Below, one piece after another: positions 1 to 10,780 of a DNA stretch of 64,000 nucleotides. The notes beneath the pieces were generated by a model, which was given only the letters and a program-made list of their open reading frames with translations, made no database searches and had not been told where the DNA came from. A program made the translations under genes and the position numbers. Numbering within the stretch: the first letter of the stretch is position 1; each line of letters starts with the position of its first letter. This stretch comes from Acidilobaceae archaeon (GTDB lineage: Archaea; Thermoproteota; Thermoprotei_A; Sulfolobales; Acidilobaceae), in NCBI GenBank assembly GCA_038897215.1, contig JAWAWX010000001.1, forward strand, positions 416,001 to 480,000. The letters run 5' to 3'.

Positions 1-1874
1 CTCCTTCTCAGACTCAGGTATACCGCTATAGTCGACAACCCCACTCCGCAAGCCAGACCTGTAGCTAGAAGTAGTAGAGTCCAAGCCGTCGTCATTATAG
101 CCTGTCTTAACGCTACCTCCGCTCTAGCCTGAGACGTCTCTATAGAGCCATCTGGGTAAGGTCTAGCAAGGTATGATAGCGCCGCCATGCTCCACAGCAT
201 CGCTGATAAAACAGCGTCCTCCATGAGGTCTAATGCTGAGCCATAGTCTCCTCTGCTAGCTCTATAGGATGCATACTCGTAGTAGAGATACGACACTCCT
301 GGAGACAAGCCCTTTGCTGAGAGGCGAGCGATAGCTATAAGCCATGAGCGTTGCAACTCCTCATAGTAAAGCCTGAGCGCCCGGTCGTCGCCAGCTAGAA
401 GCTGAGAAGTTATATCGAGAGCTTTCGACAAACACTCTCTATAGTATCCGAGCGCCGCCACTCTATTCTCTCTCGCATACTCGGCCTCAGCGAGCCTGGA
501 GATCTCTCTGAGCTGTAGCGCTATCGAAGACATGTACCTCTTGGTGTCTTCATCGAGAGGATAGTATCTGATAGAGTAGTTAACTACCTCTACCGCATAG
601 TCAGCAGCTATTCTAGCGAAGTCTCTCAAGTGAGTCAAGAGGTCTGAGAAAGCATACTCTGAGAGCTTTAACCCCTCTCCTCTCAGATCCTCCGCTACTG
701 CGACCCACAGTCTAGAAGTCTCCAGCCTCCCGCTTATGTAGGCTAGTCTAAACGCTAAGTCTTCGGCCTTCAGCCTGTCTATGTTAGCCTCGACTAATCC
801 TATGTGGTAGACGGCGTCAGCCAGCCTAGCGTACGCTAGGCTCGCGAACTCTACGTAGAGCTGGCTGTTATCGGGCTGGAGATTTCTCAGCTTGAGCTCG
901 ATACTGCTTGCTTCGCTCTTCAAGGACTCCAAGACTCTTACAGCATAACTCCTGCCCTCTCTCGACAACGCGTAGCTGTATTTTGCCTGGAGGGCTCTAA
1001 TGTAGGCTGAGAAAGCTATGCTCGACGCCGTGTAGGGGCTCTTCTCTCTAACGCTCGAGGCTTCTTCGAGAAGAGGCGCCACGACTCTACTCACTTCAGC
1101 TTTTAGGGGTGGAGGCAACTCGGATAGAATGCTCTCAGTCTTCGCTGATAAGTCTTCAGCAACACGAGAGAGAAGAGAGTCTAGCTTAGGGTGGAGAGTG
1201 GAGAAGTCAACCCTCAGGTCTACAGAGGGGACGTCGATCACTCCCAGCTTCTCACTGGCATCGAGAACACCGGCGACGGGCAGATAGCGGCAGGTTTGCG
1301 GTGCTTCAGCAGTGTTAGCTAGAGGCATTACTAGAATCATGCCTCCTGACATAGCCGCAACACACTTCTCCGGGATCCCTCCTACTCGAGAAGCCAGCCC
1401 GTGAGGAGTCACTGCTCCCGTTACGGGGACTGCTATAGACGAGTTGGAGTTGAGTGATAGCAGAGAGTACGTGAGTAGAGCTATAGCAACCCCTCCGCTA
1501 GGGCCGGTGATGTCTGTGGTTATGTGGATCGTTATGTTTGCATCAAAGCTCCTCCAAGAGTATCCAGCGAGTAGGCTAGCTGTTCTGACCGCTAGCTCCA
1601 TGCTGAGCCTCGTGATCTTGCCTATCTCCCCCCGCTCGTTCTCCACTGCTACACGGATAGCTCCAGAGCCCGGGTAGACGAGCTGGACTGTTACGTTTAC
1701 CAGAGTCCCTTGAGAGCCTCTGACTGCCGGCACGAGGACCCAGCCGCTGAGCTCTCTCAGTGTCTGCGAGTAGCTCTCAAGCTGGCTCTGAGAAGCGAGC
1801 GTAGCTCCCAGAATGAGTAGTAGCATGTATGCAGCTAGGAGCTTCCTGAAACCCTCTAGCTTTATCTCAACCAC
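1..1874 (-). CDS. Archaeal S16 (Lon-like) membrane-anchored serine protease, runs off window start
   Basis: Not in ORF track. Read manually from GTG at 1874: signal-peptide-like N-terminus, ITGPSGG and VTGAV...GGIPEK Ser-Lys dyad motifs, C-terminal TM helix (WTLLLLATGLACGVGLSTIAVYL). Confidence 0.85.
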   Translation of the reverse strand, partial: MVEIKLEGFRKLLAAYMLLLILGATLASQSQLESYSQTLRELSGWVLVPAVRGSQGTLVNVTVQLVYPGSGAIRVAVENERGEIGKITRLSMELAVRTASLLAGYSWRSFDANITIHITTDITGPSGGVAIALLTYSLLSLNSNSSIAVPVTGAVTPHGLASRVGGIPEKCVAAMSGGMILVMPLANTAEAPQTCRYLPVAGVLDASEKLGVIDVPSVDLRVDFSTLHPKLDSLLSRVAEDLSAKTESILSELPPPLKAEVSRVVAPLLEEASSVREKSPYTASSIAFSAYIRALQAKYSYALSREGRSYAVRVLESLKSEASSIELKLRNLQPDNSQLYVEFASLAYARLADAVYHIGLVEANIDRLKAEDLAFRLAYISGRLETSRLWVAVAEDLRGEGLKLSEYAFSDLLTHLRDFARIAADYAVEVVNYSIRYYPLDEDTKRYMSSIALQLREISRLAEAEYARENRVAALGYYRECLSKALDITSQLLAGDDRALRLYYEELQRSWLIAIARLSAKGLSPGVSYLYYEYASYRASRGDYGSALDLMEDAVLSAMLWSMAALSYLARPYPDGSIETSQARAEVALRQAIMTTAWTLLLLATGLACGVGLSTIAVYLSLRR

Positions 1875-1945
1875 CCGAGACTTGTAGCGTAGAGGTAGAA
1901 ACTTTAAAGCTACAAGCAGAGCAAAGAGCTTCTGGTGCGGAAAGC

Positions 1946-2494
1946 TTGTCTAAGGCCAAGAAGGAGAAGACAACACAGACCACGAAGGGGAGCGGTGAGG
2001 CCGCTACTAAGAGCAAGGAGCTAAAGCTGGTAACAGTTCAAGTCATTACCAAAGATAGGGTGGTCAAGAACGAGAGGCAGATGGCTCTACTCTATTTGAT
2101 AAACGAGATCGGGCCTATGCACGAGAGGACGGTCTATGAGATAGCTAGAGAGGTCCAGGAGCTAGGCTTCCCTCTAGGCTACACCTTCAAGAGAGTAGCC
2201 GACTCGCTCTACTGCCCAGAGCTGAAGAGCGACTTGATAGCCTTGACGTACGTAGGCTTCCTGGAGACGGATCCCGTGAGGAAGAAGTATAGAGTGACGG
2301 GTCAAGGCAAGGAGGCTCTCGAGGCTACAGGCGTCCCCGAGGCTTTATCGAAGCTCGTGGAGTCTCATAGAGAGAAGCTGAAGAATCACGCTAGCCTAGT
2401 CGACGCTCAGGTAGAGTTCCAATCCGTTAGACCAGCGAGGCGGAGAAGAGAGTCGAGTATTCTAAGCAAGCTATCTAAGCTAGGCTTGAGATAA
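1946..2494 (+). CDS. Hypothetical winged-helix protein
   Basis: 182 aa; wHTH-like pattern (ELKSDLIALTYVGFLE...YRVTGQGKEAL); TATA-like TTTAAA upstream. Confidence 0.6.
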   Translation: MSKAKKEKTTQTTKGSGEAATKSKELKLVTVQVITKDRVVKNERQMALLYLINEIGPMHERTVYEIAREVQELGFPLGYTFKRVADSLYCPELKSDLIALTYVGFLETDPVRKKYRVTGQGKEALEATGVPEALSKLVESHREKLKNHASLVDAQVEFQSVRPARRRRESSILSKLSKLGLR

Positions 2495-2495
2495 G

Positions 2496-3053
2496 GTGCG
2501 GACGCACCCCTACATAGAGCGAGCTGTGACCAGCAGGAGGTTCGTGTTCATCTACGGAGTCTCGGGATCGGGGAAGACTAGGCTGGCTCTGCACGTCGCC
2601 AGGCTGGCTTCAGAGTCGGGCTTGAGCGTGCTCCTAGTAGAGACCGAGCCCGTGAAATCCATAGTCTCTAGGCTCTACGAGGGCGAGATTAGGAGCGTCT
2701 CTAGCTTCGACGAGCTAGCGCGCGTAGTAGCTCAAGCAGCGCTCTCGAACCGCTACCTGGTGGTAGACAGCGTGAACTCCCTGTATCTCGACGAGCCTCC
2801 ACTAGCTAGACGTAGGACTCTTGCATTCATAGCGTCTATGCTGAAGAAAACAGGGGGGCTCGCCGTAGGCCAGGCTAGGTTGAGAGAAGACGGGGGTATA
2901 ACAAGCCCGGGGCTAGAGCTCATCTCTGTCTACGCTGACGTTATCGCTCAATCTCAGAAAGTTGGAGAGAACAAGTTCAAGCTAGAGGTCTTAAAGCCTG
3001 AGCGTAGAGTCATGCTTTTCAGAGTCTTGGAGGCGGATGTAGAGTGGCTGTAG
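2496..3053 (+). CDS. RecA/RadB-like P-loop ATPase
   Basis: Walker A GVSGSGKT, Walker B LVVDS. Confidence 0.7.
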   Translation: MRTHPYIERAVTSRRFVFIYGVSGSGKTRLALHVARLASESGLSVLLVETEPVKSIVSRLYEGEIRSVSSFDELARVVAQAALSNRYLVVDSVNSLYLDEPPLARRRTLAFIASMLKKTGGLAVGQARLREDGGITSPGLELISVYADVIAQSQKVGENKFKLEVLKPERRVMLFRVLEADVEWL

Positions 3054-3550
3054 TCGTCGAGGAGTTTCTTCAAGCATTTCTGCTAATCCTCCCAGCTATG
3101 CTAGCTAACGCTACCCCGGTAGTCTTCGGAGGCTCTCGGCCGATAGATGGGGGGAGAGTGTTTCTTGACGGTAGGAGGCTTCTAGGAGACGGCAAGACGT
3201 GGGAGGGGCTGGCTTCAGGCATAGCCGCGGGGTCTCTTCTAGGAGGGCTTCTGGCTTACGCTCTAGGAGACCCTCTCTACGCCTACGCTGGAGTCTTCTC
3301 ATCTCTGGGAGCTATGCTGGGAGACTTGGCGGCATCGTTCGTGAAGAGGAGGCTAGGCTTGGAGAGAGGTGCTCCAGCACCTCTCCTAGACCAGCTGAAC
3401 TTCTACGTGGGAGCACTCGCTCTACTCTACGTTGCGGGGTTTAGGTTTACTCTAAGCGTGGTGATAGCTCTAGGGCTCTTATCCGCTATCGCTCATCTCG
3501 CGGCTAACGTGGTAGCGTACCTGTTGAGACTCAAGAGTGTTCCCTGGTAG
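3044..3550 (+). CDS. carS: CDP-archaeol synthase
   Basis: PAMLANATPV, PIDGG, DGRRLLGDGKTWEG, GDLAASFVKRRLG, LDQL motifs. Confidence 0.93.
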   Translation: MAVVVEEFLQAFLLILPAMLANATPVVFGGSRPIDGGRVFLDGRRLLGDGKTWEGLASGIAAGSLLGGLLAYALGDPLYAYAGVFSSLGAMLGDLAASFVKRRLGLERGAPAPLLDQLNFYVGALALLYVAGFRFTLSVVIALGLLSAIAHLAANVVAYLLRLKSVPW

Positions 3551-3740
3551 GCTCTGAGGTCTGCTCGAGCGCTCTGCTTGACTCCAGCGATTTAGCCTTG
3601 ATCCTGTACTTAACGTACCTATCCTCGGGCGAGAACCGAGGGGGATGCGGTACTCTGAGAGCTCCACCGCAGACAGGGCACTTATCCTTGGCTAGAGTGT
3701 ACCTACCGCATTTCTCGCACTTTCTGAGAAGCCACCTCAC
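3531..3740 (-). CDS. nop10: H/ACA RNP protein Nop10
   Basis: KCEKCGRYTL...CPVCGG...PHPPRFSPEDRY; directly downstream of aIF2-alpha. Confidence 0.95.
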   Translation of the reverse strand: MRWLLRKCEKCGRYTLAKDKCPVCGGALRVPHPPRFSPEDRYVKYRIKAKSLESSRALEQTSEPTREHS

Positions 3741-4543
3741 TTCTCTTCAATCCTCTCGAAAGCATAGGCTACTCCTAGAGCTCTAGCTACCTCCTCTGCT
3801 CTGCTAGCCGCTAGCTCGAGCGCTTTCTCGACTGTCTTGTAGTCGTAGCCCTCCAAGTCTACCCTGTATCTCGGAGCCCCTATAGCGTACACTCTGATTC
3901 TAACCATCGGGATGCCTGCCGCGACGCTCTTAGCCTCTAGGAGTACTCGCTTTATCTTCTCGACTCCATCGCTATCCATAGACGTGAGGGTTAGAATGCC
4001 GCTAACTCTGACTGTCTTCAGCTCCACGTGCTTCCCCGCTATCTCTATGATGTGTGGAACCCACTCGCTCGAGACCCCGGCATTCAGTAAAGCCTCGGGT
4101 CCCTCGATGAGAGCCTTCTCTAGCCCGGCTAGAGGGTCTCCGTAAGCGTCCTCAAGCTTCCACACTACCTCTCTATAAGCGTCCTCCTCCGTCTTGCCTA
4201 GCTTCTGAGCCGCCATTATCGCTATCATCGTTGCTCTCACGTACCTCTTGTAGGCGAGCATCTTCCTCCTCCTCTCGCCCTCGAGGGTTCTCTTTATGCT
4301 AACATCTACACTCATCCTGTCTCTGTAGACTCTAAGCACTTTACCGACTACCTTCTGCCCTTCTCTCAGAACCTCTTCAACCTTCCTGAAAGCTTTACTG
4401 CTGATCTCGCTCCAGGGGATGAAGGCAGAGACTCCGGCGTACTCGTCGAGCTCAGCATACGCTCCGTAGTCGTGAATCTTAGTTACAGTGCATACCACGA
4501 GGTCGTTGACGTCTGGGAGAGGTCTGCGAGACCTCAGCTTCAA
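3737..4543 (-). CDS. eif2a: Translation initiation factor aIF2 alpha
   Basis: S1 domain (YGAYAELDEY), GAPRYRV motif. Start moved to TTG at 4543; the ORF track extends to 4582. Confidence 0.95.
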   Translation of the reverse strand: MKLRSRRPLPDVNDLVVCTVTKIHDYGAYAELDEYAGVSAFIPWSEISSKAFRKVEEVLREGQKVVGKVLRVYRDRMSVDVSIKRTLEGERRRKMLAYKRYVRATMIAIMAAQKLGKTEEDAYREVVWKLEDAYGDPLAGLEKALIEGPEALLNAGVSSEWVPHIIEIAGKHVELKTVRVSGILTLTSMDSDGVEKIKRVLLEAKSVAAGIPMVRIRVYAIGAPRYRVDLEGYDYKTVEKALELAASRAEEVARALGVAYAFERIEEK

Positions 4544-4684
4544 GCAAGCTACACCCTCGCGGTTGTCTCGTATACCTAGCAACTCTTAAAACTATGTTGC
4601 TAGACAGCGCTAGCTACCTCGCATTACTTATAAGGAACAAGTACTCAGAGAATGCTATAGCGCGGAGACGGGGGGCGAGCTTTA

Positions 4685-4957
4685 ATGAGTAGCAGGCTGG
4701 CTAGTAATGAGGCTAAGATTCAGTACGTGCTCATGATCTTATCGAGTATAGTGAATGACACGAGCGTGCCTAGAAACATTAGGAGAGCTGCTGTCAACGC
4801 TCTCATGCAGTTACGCGATACAAAGCTCTCTCCGGGAGTGAGAGCCGCTAACGCTATAAGCATACTCGATGAGATAAGCCAGGATCCCAACATGCCTTCT
4901 CACGTGAGGACTAGAATATGGCAGGTCATATCGACTCTAGAGACTGTGAAGGATTAG
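4685..4957 (+). CDS. UPF0147 family protein
   Basis: [25 protein letters not shown] motifs. Confidence 0.9.
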   Translation: MSSRLASNEAKIQYVLMILSSIVNDTSVPRNIRRAAVNALMQLRDTKLSPGVRAANAISILDEISQDPNMPSHVRTRIWQVISTLETVKD

Positions 4958-4999
4958 AGAGCGTGGAGCTACGCGAGCCGAGTAGTGGGTTGAGAGAGC

Positions 5000-6415
5000 G
5001 TGGAGCTAGCTAGAGTGAGAGTTAGAGGCATCTATGCGACTGCTCTCAGCGTAATCCTTCTAGAGAGAGGGTTCCTCATAGCAGATGCTAGCGACGTCTT
5101 GAAGAGTAGACTGAGTAGACCTATCGCCGAAGGGCCTGCAAACGTGACAGTGAAGAACCTAGATGAGGATAGAGACTCTTTGCTGATCGTGGGAGCCCCC
5201 TGGGAGGCTGGAGTTAAAGTAGAGGAGGCTATCCTGGAGTACGTCGGCTACGCTAGCAGAGCCCGGGGGAGGCTGGGAGTAGGGACGGTTGTAGACGCTG
5301 TCAGCCTCGGAGGCTGTAGAGCCGAGGGCCCCGGGGGTGTCGAGATAACGCTAGATGCTCCCTGCCCGGAGCCCGGCAAGACTGTCAGATGCTATATTGT
5401 GAGAGATGCTCTGAGGAGAGGAGAGGCTCCTCGCGCTAGAGCCGGAGTGGCCGCTATCGGGCTCTACGTGAGCGTCTACGCTCCAGGTAGTGGTGTCAGC
5501 TTCAGCGAGCACTTGAGAGACAGAGAGAGAATCTCTCAGCTCGAGAGTCTAGCCGGCAGAGTGGCCGACCGCGGAGTCCACGTCAGGTTCAGGAGCAACA
5601 GCAGGCTGGGAGGCTTAGCTGAGATAGCTGAAGAGCTCGAGTCTCTGGTTGCTGAAGCTGAGAGAATGCTCTCCGAGCCAGCCTCCAGTGAGCCTAGAGT
5701 GGTGAAGAGGGGCGAGTACGTGTCCCTAATCGGCTTGACGTCTGCCGCTAAGCAGCGCCTAGACGAGGCTAGAGGCAAAGTGTGCCCCACTATACTGATG
5801 CATCACAGCTTGAAGAGCGGGGGCGATGCTGAGTCTGCGAGCGTCGACGTGCTAGAGGAGGCTCTCAGAATGGGTCTAGCCGATAGGAGAGCAGGCCTAG
5901 CTCTAGTCTCTAGGATACTCTCGTCTCTCTCCGGTAGGAGGATTACTGTAGAGCACAAGCGCCCCGACGGGGAGGTGATCAGCCTCGGCCCCTTCACTCT
6001 CGAGAGCTACGAGGTGGAAGAGGATAGAGTAGAGCTGACTCTAAGCAGGGTCTTCACGAAGCCCGGAGTCCTAGACGGGCTCGGGGTAGAGAAGAAGCCC
6101 GGCGACTACTCGATAACGAGGCTGTCGCTCAGCGAGTGGCACGTGATACACGAGTACTATAGAGCAGACGGCAGGCTTCTAGGAGTCTACGCTAACGTCA
6201 ACAGCCCGCCCGAGGTGAGTAGCAGGGGGATCAGATACCTGGACCTCTACGTAGACGTGGTAGCCAAGCCCGGCGAGGAGCCTAGAGTGCTGGACTCGGA
6301 GGCTCTAGAGAGAGCTCGAGAAGAGGGGCTAGTCTCAGAGGCTCTCTACGAGAGAGCTCTAGAGGAGGCGAAGAGCCTGACTAGGAGGCTGAAGAGCTAC
6401 CCTCCAGCCCGCTAG
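5000..6415 (+). CDS. fau-1: RNA-binding protein/ribonuclease FAU-1 (DUF402)
   Basis: VRVRGIYATAL N-terminus; YANVNSPPE, YLDLYVDVV DUF402 domain. Confidence 0.88.
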   Translation: MELARVRVRGIYATALSVILLERGFLIADASDVLKSRLSRPIAEGPANVTVKNLDEDRDSLLIVGAPWEAGVKVEEAILEYVGYASRARGRLGVGTVVDAVSLGGCRAEGPGGVEITLDAPCPEPGKTVRCYIVRDALRRGEAPRARAGVAAIGLYVSVYAPGSGVSFSEHLRDRERISQLESLAGRVADRGVHVRFRSNSRLGGLAEIAEELESLVAEAERMLSEPASSEPRVVKRGEYVSLIGLTSAAKQRLDEARGKVCPTILMHHSLKSGGDAESASVDVLEEALRMGLADRRAGLALVSRILSSLSGRRITVEHKRPDGEVISLGPFTLESYEVEEDRVELTLSRVFTKPGVLDGLGVEKKPGDYSITRLSLSEWHVIHEYYRADGRLLGVYANVNSPPEVSSRGIRYLDLYVDVVAKPGEEPRVLDSEALERAREEGLVSEALYERALEEAKSLTRRLKSYPPAR

Positions 6416-6486
6416 ACATCGTAGCGAGTTGTGAGAGCTTGGAAGCATTTATTAACCTATATCTATGAGAGTCTCTTGGAATAGCG

Positions 6487-6750
6487 GTGGATGGCGGGAT
6501 GAGCGAGTTCCAGCCCCCTCTCAGATACCTGAGGAATGCTCTCAACAGCAGAGTCTACGTGAAGCTCAAGGATGGAACAGAGTACGTGGGTAGGCTAGTG
6601 AGCGCTGATAGCTTGATGAACCTGGTTCTCGAGGACTCATTCGAGGTCAAGGATGGGAGGAGCCCCGCGGCTAAGATGGGAGTGCTATTGGTTAGAGGTA
6701 GCATGATACTCTTCGTGAGCTTCAACCCAGAGCTCTTCTTAACAAGCTAG
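6487..6750 (+). CDS. Sm/Lsm-like protein
   Basis: VYVKLKDGTEYVGRL...MNLVL...LVRGS Sm motifs. Confidence 0.92.
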   Translation: MDGGMSEFQPPLRYLRNALNSRVYVKLKDGTEYVGRLVSADSLMNLVLEDSFEVKDGRSPAAKMGVLLVRGSMILFVSFNPELFLTS

Positions 6751-6772
6751 AGCTAGCAGTCGAGAGAGCTAT

Positions 6773-7567
6773 CTAGGGGAGCTCTCTGAGAGCTCTGTCT
6801 CTAGCTCTAGATATCCTCCTAGAGACGTCCTCTGGGAGAGCTAGGTCTCCTCTAGACACTACCGCTGGCCCCTTGACTATCATCCCCTTCTTGTCCACTA
6901 TCTCGATCTCGTGGACTCTAGTGTCGTGGGGGGTCTGCCTCATCTTCTCTATTATCACGTACCTCTTGAGGACTCCTCCTCTGATAGCTCTCCTGAACTT
7001 TATTATCCCGTCCGCTACGTGCTCGACACCCCACCCGAACGCCTCAGCAGTGGTTATAGCGTACTGGCTCACGAGGAGAGTCGTGAAGTCCCACCTGTAG
7101 AGTAGCCTCTTGACCATGTAGCTGTACTTTCTAGCCATAGCCGGCTTGTCTAGCCAGAAGGCGCTCATACTGTCTACTACGAGCCTAGCTCTCCCGTAGC
7201 CCAGCTTCCTCTTAGCCTCCAGGACTTTCTCCACCATCTTCTCCAAGTCTAGCTCGTCTAGGCTCCACTCATCGCTCTTGCTCTTTAGCAGAGCGTCTAT
7301 CACTATTGCTTTGCCCGAGTCTACAGCCTTGTCTAGATCCATGCCGAACATCTTAGCCTGTCTGAGTATGCTCTCTCTGCTCTCCTCTGTCGTCACGTAT
7401 ATCACCTTATCCCCCTCTACTACACCCTGCCAGGCGAAGTGGATAGAGAACACTGTCTTCCCCGTCCCCGGCTCTCCGACGACGGCGACGAAGAACCCTC
7501 TAGGTATCCCCCCGGCTATCAGCTCGTCGAAGCCCGAGACCCCCGTTCTCAGCCTCTCTACCTCCAT
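6773..7567 (-). CDS. KaiC-domain (RecA-superfamily) ATPase
   Basis: GEPGTGKT, YVTTEES, VEHVADGII, IEKMRQT; ATG at 7567. Confidence 0.9.
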   Translation of the reverse strand: MEVERLRTGVSGFDELIAGGIPRGFFVAVVGEPGTGKTVFSIHFAWQGVVEGDKVIYVTTEESRESILRQAKMFGMDLDKAVDSGKAIVIDALLKSKSDEWSLDELDLEKMVEKVLEAKRKLGYGRARLVVDSMSAFWLDKPAMARKYSYMVKRLLYRWDFTTLLVSQYAITTAEAFGWGVEHVADGIIKFRRAIRGGVLKRYVIIEKMRQTPHDTRVHEIEIVDKKGMIVKGPAVVSRGDLALPEDVSRRISRARDRALRELP

Positions 7568-7643
7568 TACGCTCCACCACACACTCTCTGTGTGTTGAGG
7601 GAAAATAAGCCAAGCGACTCCACTAGAGTCTTGGGGGGGCTTC

Positions 7644-8624
7644 GTGGAGTGCGCTGTCTGCGGTAGAAGGGGGGAGGTTCTCCAAGCCTATAGGGGTAGA
7701 GTGCTCTGCAGAGAGTGCTTCGTGAATGATGTGAGAGAGCGGGTTAGGAGAGAGGCTGAAAGGTGGAGACTCGTAGAGCCCGGCGATACCCTGCTTCTCG
7801 CTGTAAGCGGGGGCAAGGATAGCTTCGTCTTGCTAGACACTCTGCCTAGAGCCTTCGGGGAGTCGAGGTTCATAGCGTTCACCATAGTCGAGGGGATACC
7901 TGGCTACAACAGGCTCTCTGATGTGGAGGCGCTCGCTGACCACGCTAGAGAGGTTGGAGTAGACTTTGTTAAGGCGAGCTTCAAGGAGTATCTAGGCTTG
8001 AGCCTAGGCGAGATCGTCGAGAAAGCCTCGAGACTCGAGCTGGAGCACTCGCCCTGCACGTACTGCGGTGTGGCTAGGAGGCACATGATGGTGAGAGCGG
8101 CTGAAGAGCTTGGAGCAAGGAAGATAGCCACTGCTCACGTGCTAGACGACGAGATTCAGACTCTGCTGATCAACATCATGAGAGGCGATTGGAGAGGAGT
8201 GCTCAAGCTACACCCGGCTTCGTGGAGGAGGGAGAGAGGCCCTGTTAGAGTTAAGCCTCTCAGAAAGGTCTACGAGTGGGAAGCCGCTCTATACGCTTAC
8301 CTGAGAGGATACAGGTTCCAGGAGGTCGAGTGCCCCTACATAACCCTGCACCCGACTCTCAGAGCTAGAGTTAGAGCCAGGCTACTCGAGGTCGAGAAGA
8401 GGAAGCCCGGGCTCCTCATGGGCATGCTCGAGTTCCTAGACGAGCTCCTAGAAGAGGAGGCGTCGAGACTCAAAGAGGCTCCGTTAAAGTGCCCTCTTTG
8501 CGGTGCTCCAGCGAGCGCTAAGAGGGGCTCATGCAGACTCTGCGAGCTCCTAGGAGAGCTGGGGGTCGTCGGGCTCTACAGGAGCCTGGGAGGAGGCGTT
8601 TTTAAGGTCGGCTCGCTAGCCTAG
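7644..8624 (+). CDS. tRNA 2-thiolation protein (TtuA/Ncs6, TIGR00269-like)
   Basis: CxxC Zn fingers, PP-loop [18 protein letters not shown]. Confidence 0.85.
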   Translation: MECAVCGRRGEVLQAYRGRVLCRECFVNDVRERVRREAERWRLVEPGDTLLLAVSGGKDSFVLLDTLPRAFGESRFIAFTIVEGIPGYNRLSDVEALADHAREVGVDFVKASFKEYLGLSLGEIVEKASRLELEHSPCTYCGVARRHMMVRAAEELGARKIATAHVLDDEIQTLLINIMRGDWRGVLKLHPASWRRERGPVRVKPLRKVYEWEAALYAYLRGYRFQEVECPYITLHPTLRARVRARLLEVEKRKPGLLMGMLEFLDELLEEEASRLKEAPLKCPLCGAPASAKRGSCRLCELLGELGVVGLYRSLGGGVFKVGSLA

Positions 8625-8641
8625 CGCTCAGGGTCTCAGCG

Positions 8642-9175
8642 ATGCCCCTGAAGCCTGCTAGATGCTACACGCACTTCAGCGGGCCGCCTTACACTAGAGT
8701 AGAGTATATTGCTGGAGCTCCGCCACCCAAGATCACGAAGTTCGAGTTAGGCAATAGAGCTGTAGTCGAGAAGGCTGTGCTGAAGGCTGAGCTTGTAGCT
8801 GAGGAGGCTGGACAGATTAGAGATAACGCTCTCGAAGCCATGAGAGTCATCATCAACAAGAACCTGACGAGGCTACTGGGAGAGAACAACTACTACATGA
8901 GGGTCAGGATGTACCCGCATCACGTCTTGAGAGAGCACAAGATGATGGCTTTCGCTGGAGCCGATAGACTACAGGAGGGGATGAGGAGAGCCTTCGGGAA
9001 GCCTGTGGGGAGAGCTGTTCGAGTCTACCCGGGCGACGTCCTCGTAGAGGTCTGGGTAGCTGGGGAGGCAGGGAAGCTCGGTGAGGTTGAGGAGAAGGCT
9101 AAAGAAGCTCTTAGAGTGGGAGCTAGCAAGCTCCCAATACCTACCAGGATAGCGCTACGCAATCTGAAGCAGTAG
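8642..9175 (+). CDS. rpl10e: 50S ribosomal protein uL16 (L10e)
   Basis: [27 protein letters not shown]. Confidence 0.97.
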   Translation: MPLKPARCYTHFSGPPYTRVEYIAGAPPPKITKFELGNRAVVEKAVLKAELVAEEAGQIRDNALEAMRVIINKNLTRLLGENNYYMRVRMYPHHVLREHKMMAFAGADRLQEGMRRAFGKPVGRAVRVYPGDVLVEVWVAGEAGKLGEVEEKAKEALRVGASKLPIPTRIALRNLKQ

Positions 9176-9185
9176 CCTACCCCTT

Positions 9186-9992
9186 CTACCATCCTCGAGT
9201 CTTACTCTTCTTCATCCAGTTAGCTAGAGCTACGGCTAGCACTACTAGGCCGAAGTAGGGGACTAGCAGGATCAGCATTCCTATCCCGGAGGGGTCGGGG
9301 CTCACTATAGCCGCTACTATGGCTGCAGCTACGAGAGCGTACCTCATCGTCTTACCGAAGACCGAGATTCTCACTACGTCGTAGTATACGAGAACGAAGA
9401 CTACGAGAGGGGTCTGGAAGGCTATCCCGGTAGCTAGCGTTATCAGTAGAGCTGACTTAAACACCTCAGAGTAGTCAGCATAGGCCGCGAGCTCTCCTGC
9501 TATCAGGTACATCATCGTAAACATTATCCTATACGTGATGGGGAGCAAGACGAAGAGAGCGAGAAGCGCTCCGATGAAGAATAGAGCGGCTGACGCGAGA
9601 GCTCCTCTCTTGAGAGCTCTCTCCTCGTGAGGGTAGAGAGCTGGCTTAAGGAAAGCGTATATCTCGTAGGCCATGTAGGGGCCTGCGACCACGACTCCGA
9701 TCAACAGCATAGTGTAGAGCGTTAGCTTGATCCCAGCGAAGGGGTCTCTCGAGACTAGGTGGATCTCGATAGTCTTACCGCCTACAGTGATACTATCGGG
9801 GATCACGTAGCCTCTTATGAAGTAGTGGACTGAGAAGAGTAGAGGAGAGTAGCCTCCCCCCTCGAGTAGAGTCAGAGGATTGGGGAGAAACGGGACTACA
9901 ACTGAGGCTATGAAGAGAGCTAGGAGAGCTCTTCTAAGCCTGATCACTAGCTCCTCGAGATGCTCCCAGATCGTCGCTTCTCCTTTGCTCAA
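9186..9992 (-). CDS. tatC: Twin-arginine translocase TatC
   Basis: WEHLEELVIRLRR, FLKPALYPHE, SPDPSG; multiple TM helices. Confidence 0.93.
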   Translation of the reverse strand: MSKGEATIWEHLEELVIRLRRALLALFIASVVVPFLPNPLTLLEGGGYSPLLFSVHYFIRGYVIPDSITVGGKTIEIHLVSRDPFAGIKLTLYTMLLIGVVVAGPYMAYEIYAFLKPALYPHEERALKRGALASAALFFIGALLALFVLLPITYRIMFTMMYLIAGELAAYADYSEVFKSALLITLATGIAFQTPLVVFVLVYYDVVRISVFGKTMRYALVAAAIVAAIVSPDPSGIGMLILLVPYFGLVVLAVALANWMKKSKTRGW

Positions 9993-10069
9993 GCGCTCGC
10001 ACCGAGTCTCCTGCCCGCTATGTTGGCTACCGAGCAGGCTCTTCCGAGGTTTGAGAGTGCTAGCCTCTC

Positions 10070-10780
10070 CTACCTCTTGTACCTAGCGTAGACCATGGCG
10101 TGGTCTCTATCGAATGGGTCTAGGTGGACTACGTCTACTATCTCGAACCCTCCGTTCTCGAGCGTTTCTATCTCCTTCTTGTATACATCGCTAGGCTCTA
10201 GCGTCACGTCTATGCTTCTAGCCTTGATAGCTAACAAGAGGTAGCCTCCGTTCTCGAGGAAGAGTCTAGCGTTCCTGACCACTATAGCTGCCTGGTCTGG
10301 CTGAGCTATGTCTGCGTAGAGTCCTCTCACGTTCTCCACGAGGAACCGGTACTTCTCAGGGAACCTGGCGTCGGCTAGTATCGGGTTTATGTTCTTCCTA
10401 TCCTTCACCACGACTAGGAGGTCTCTGAGAACTCTTGGAGCGAACTCGACTCCGTAGATTACTCCAGATGGCCCTATTATGTCGCTTATGTGGCTCGCAG
10501 TAGTGCCGCTAGCTATGCCCAGGTATAGGATTCTATCTCCTTCTCTAACGGGGAGCTCTTCTAGCCCCTTGAGTAACGCTCCTGCTAGCTTGCTCCTATA
10601 CGGATTCCACTCTCTGTACTCGGCATCGCCGTATCTGAAGAGCCTCTCTCCGTAGACTCGCTGACCCGGCACTAGGTTCTTGGTCGCTATCCTGAGGCTA
10701 CCGTCCTCTAGCTCCACCACGTAGACTCCAGTCCACTTATCGTGAGGATAGACTCTGACTGCTTCAGACAAGCTCTTCAC
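10070..10780 (-). CDS. flpA: Fibrillarin-like rRNA/tRNA 2'-O-methyltransferase
   Basis: EYREWNPYRSKL, LYLGIASGTTASH, DIAQPDQ. Confidence 0.97.
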   Translation of the reverse strand: MKSLSEAVRVYPHDKWTGVYVVELEDGSLRIATKNLVPGQRVYGERLFRYGDAEYREWNPYRSKLAGALLKGLEELPVREGDRILYLGIASGTTASHISDIIGPSGVIYGVEFAPRVLRDLLVVVKDRKNINPILADARFPEKYRFLVENVRGLYADIAQPDQAAIVVRNARLFLENGGYLLLAIKARSIDVTLEPSDVYKKEIETLENGGFEIVDVVHLDPFDRDHAMVYARYKR

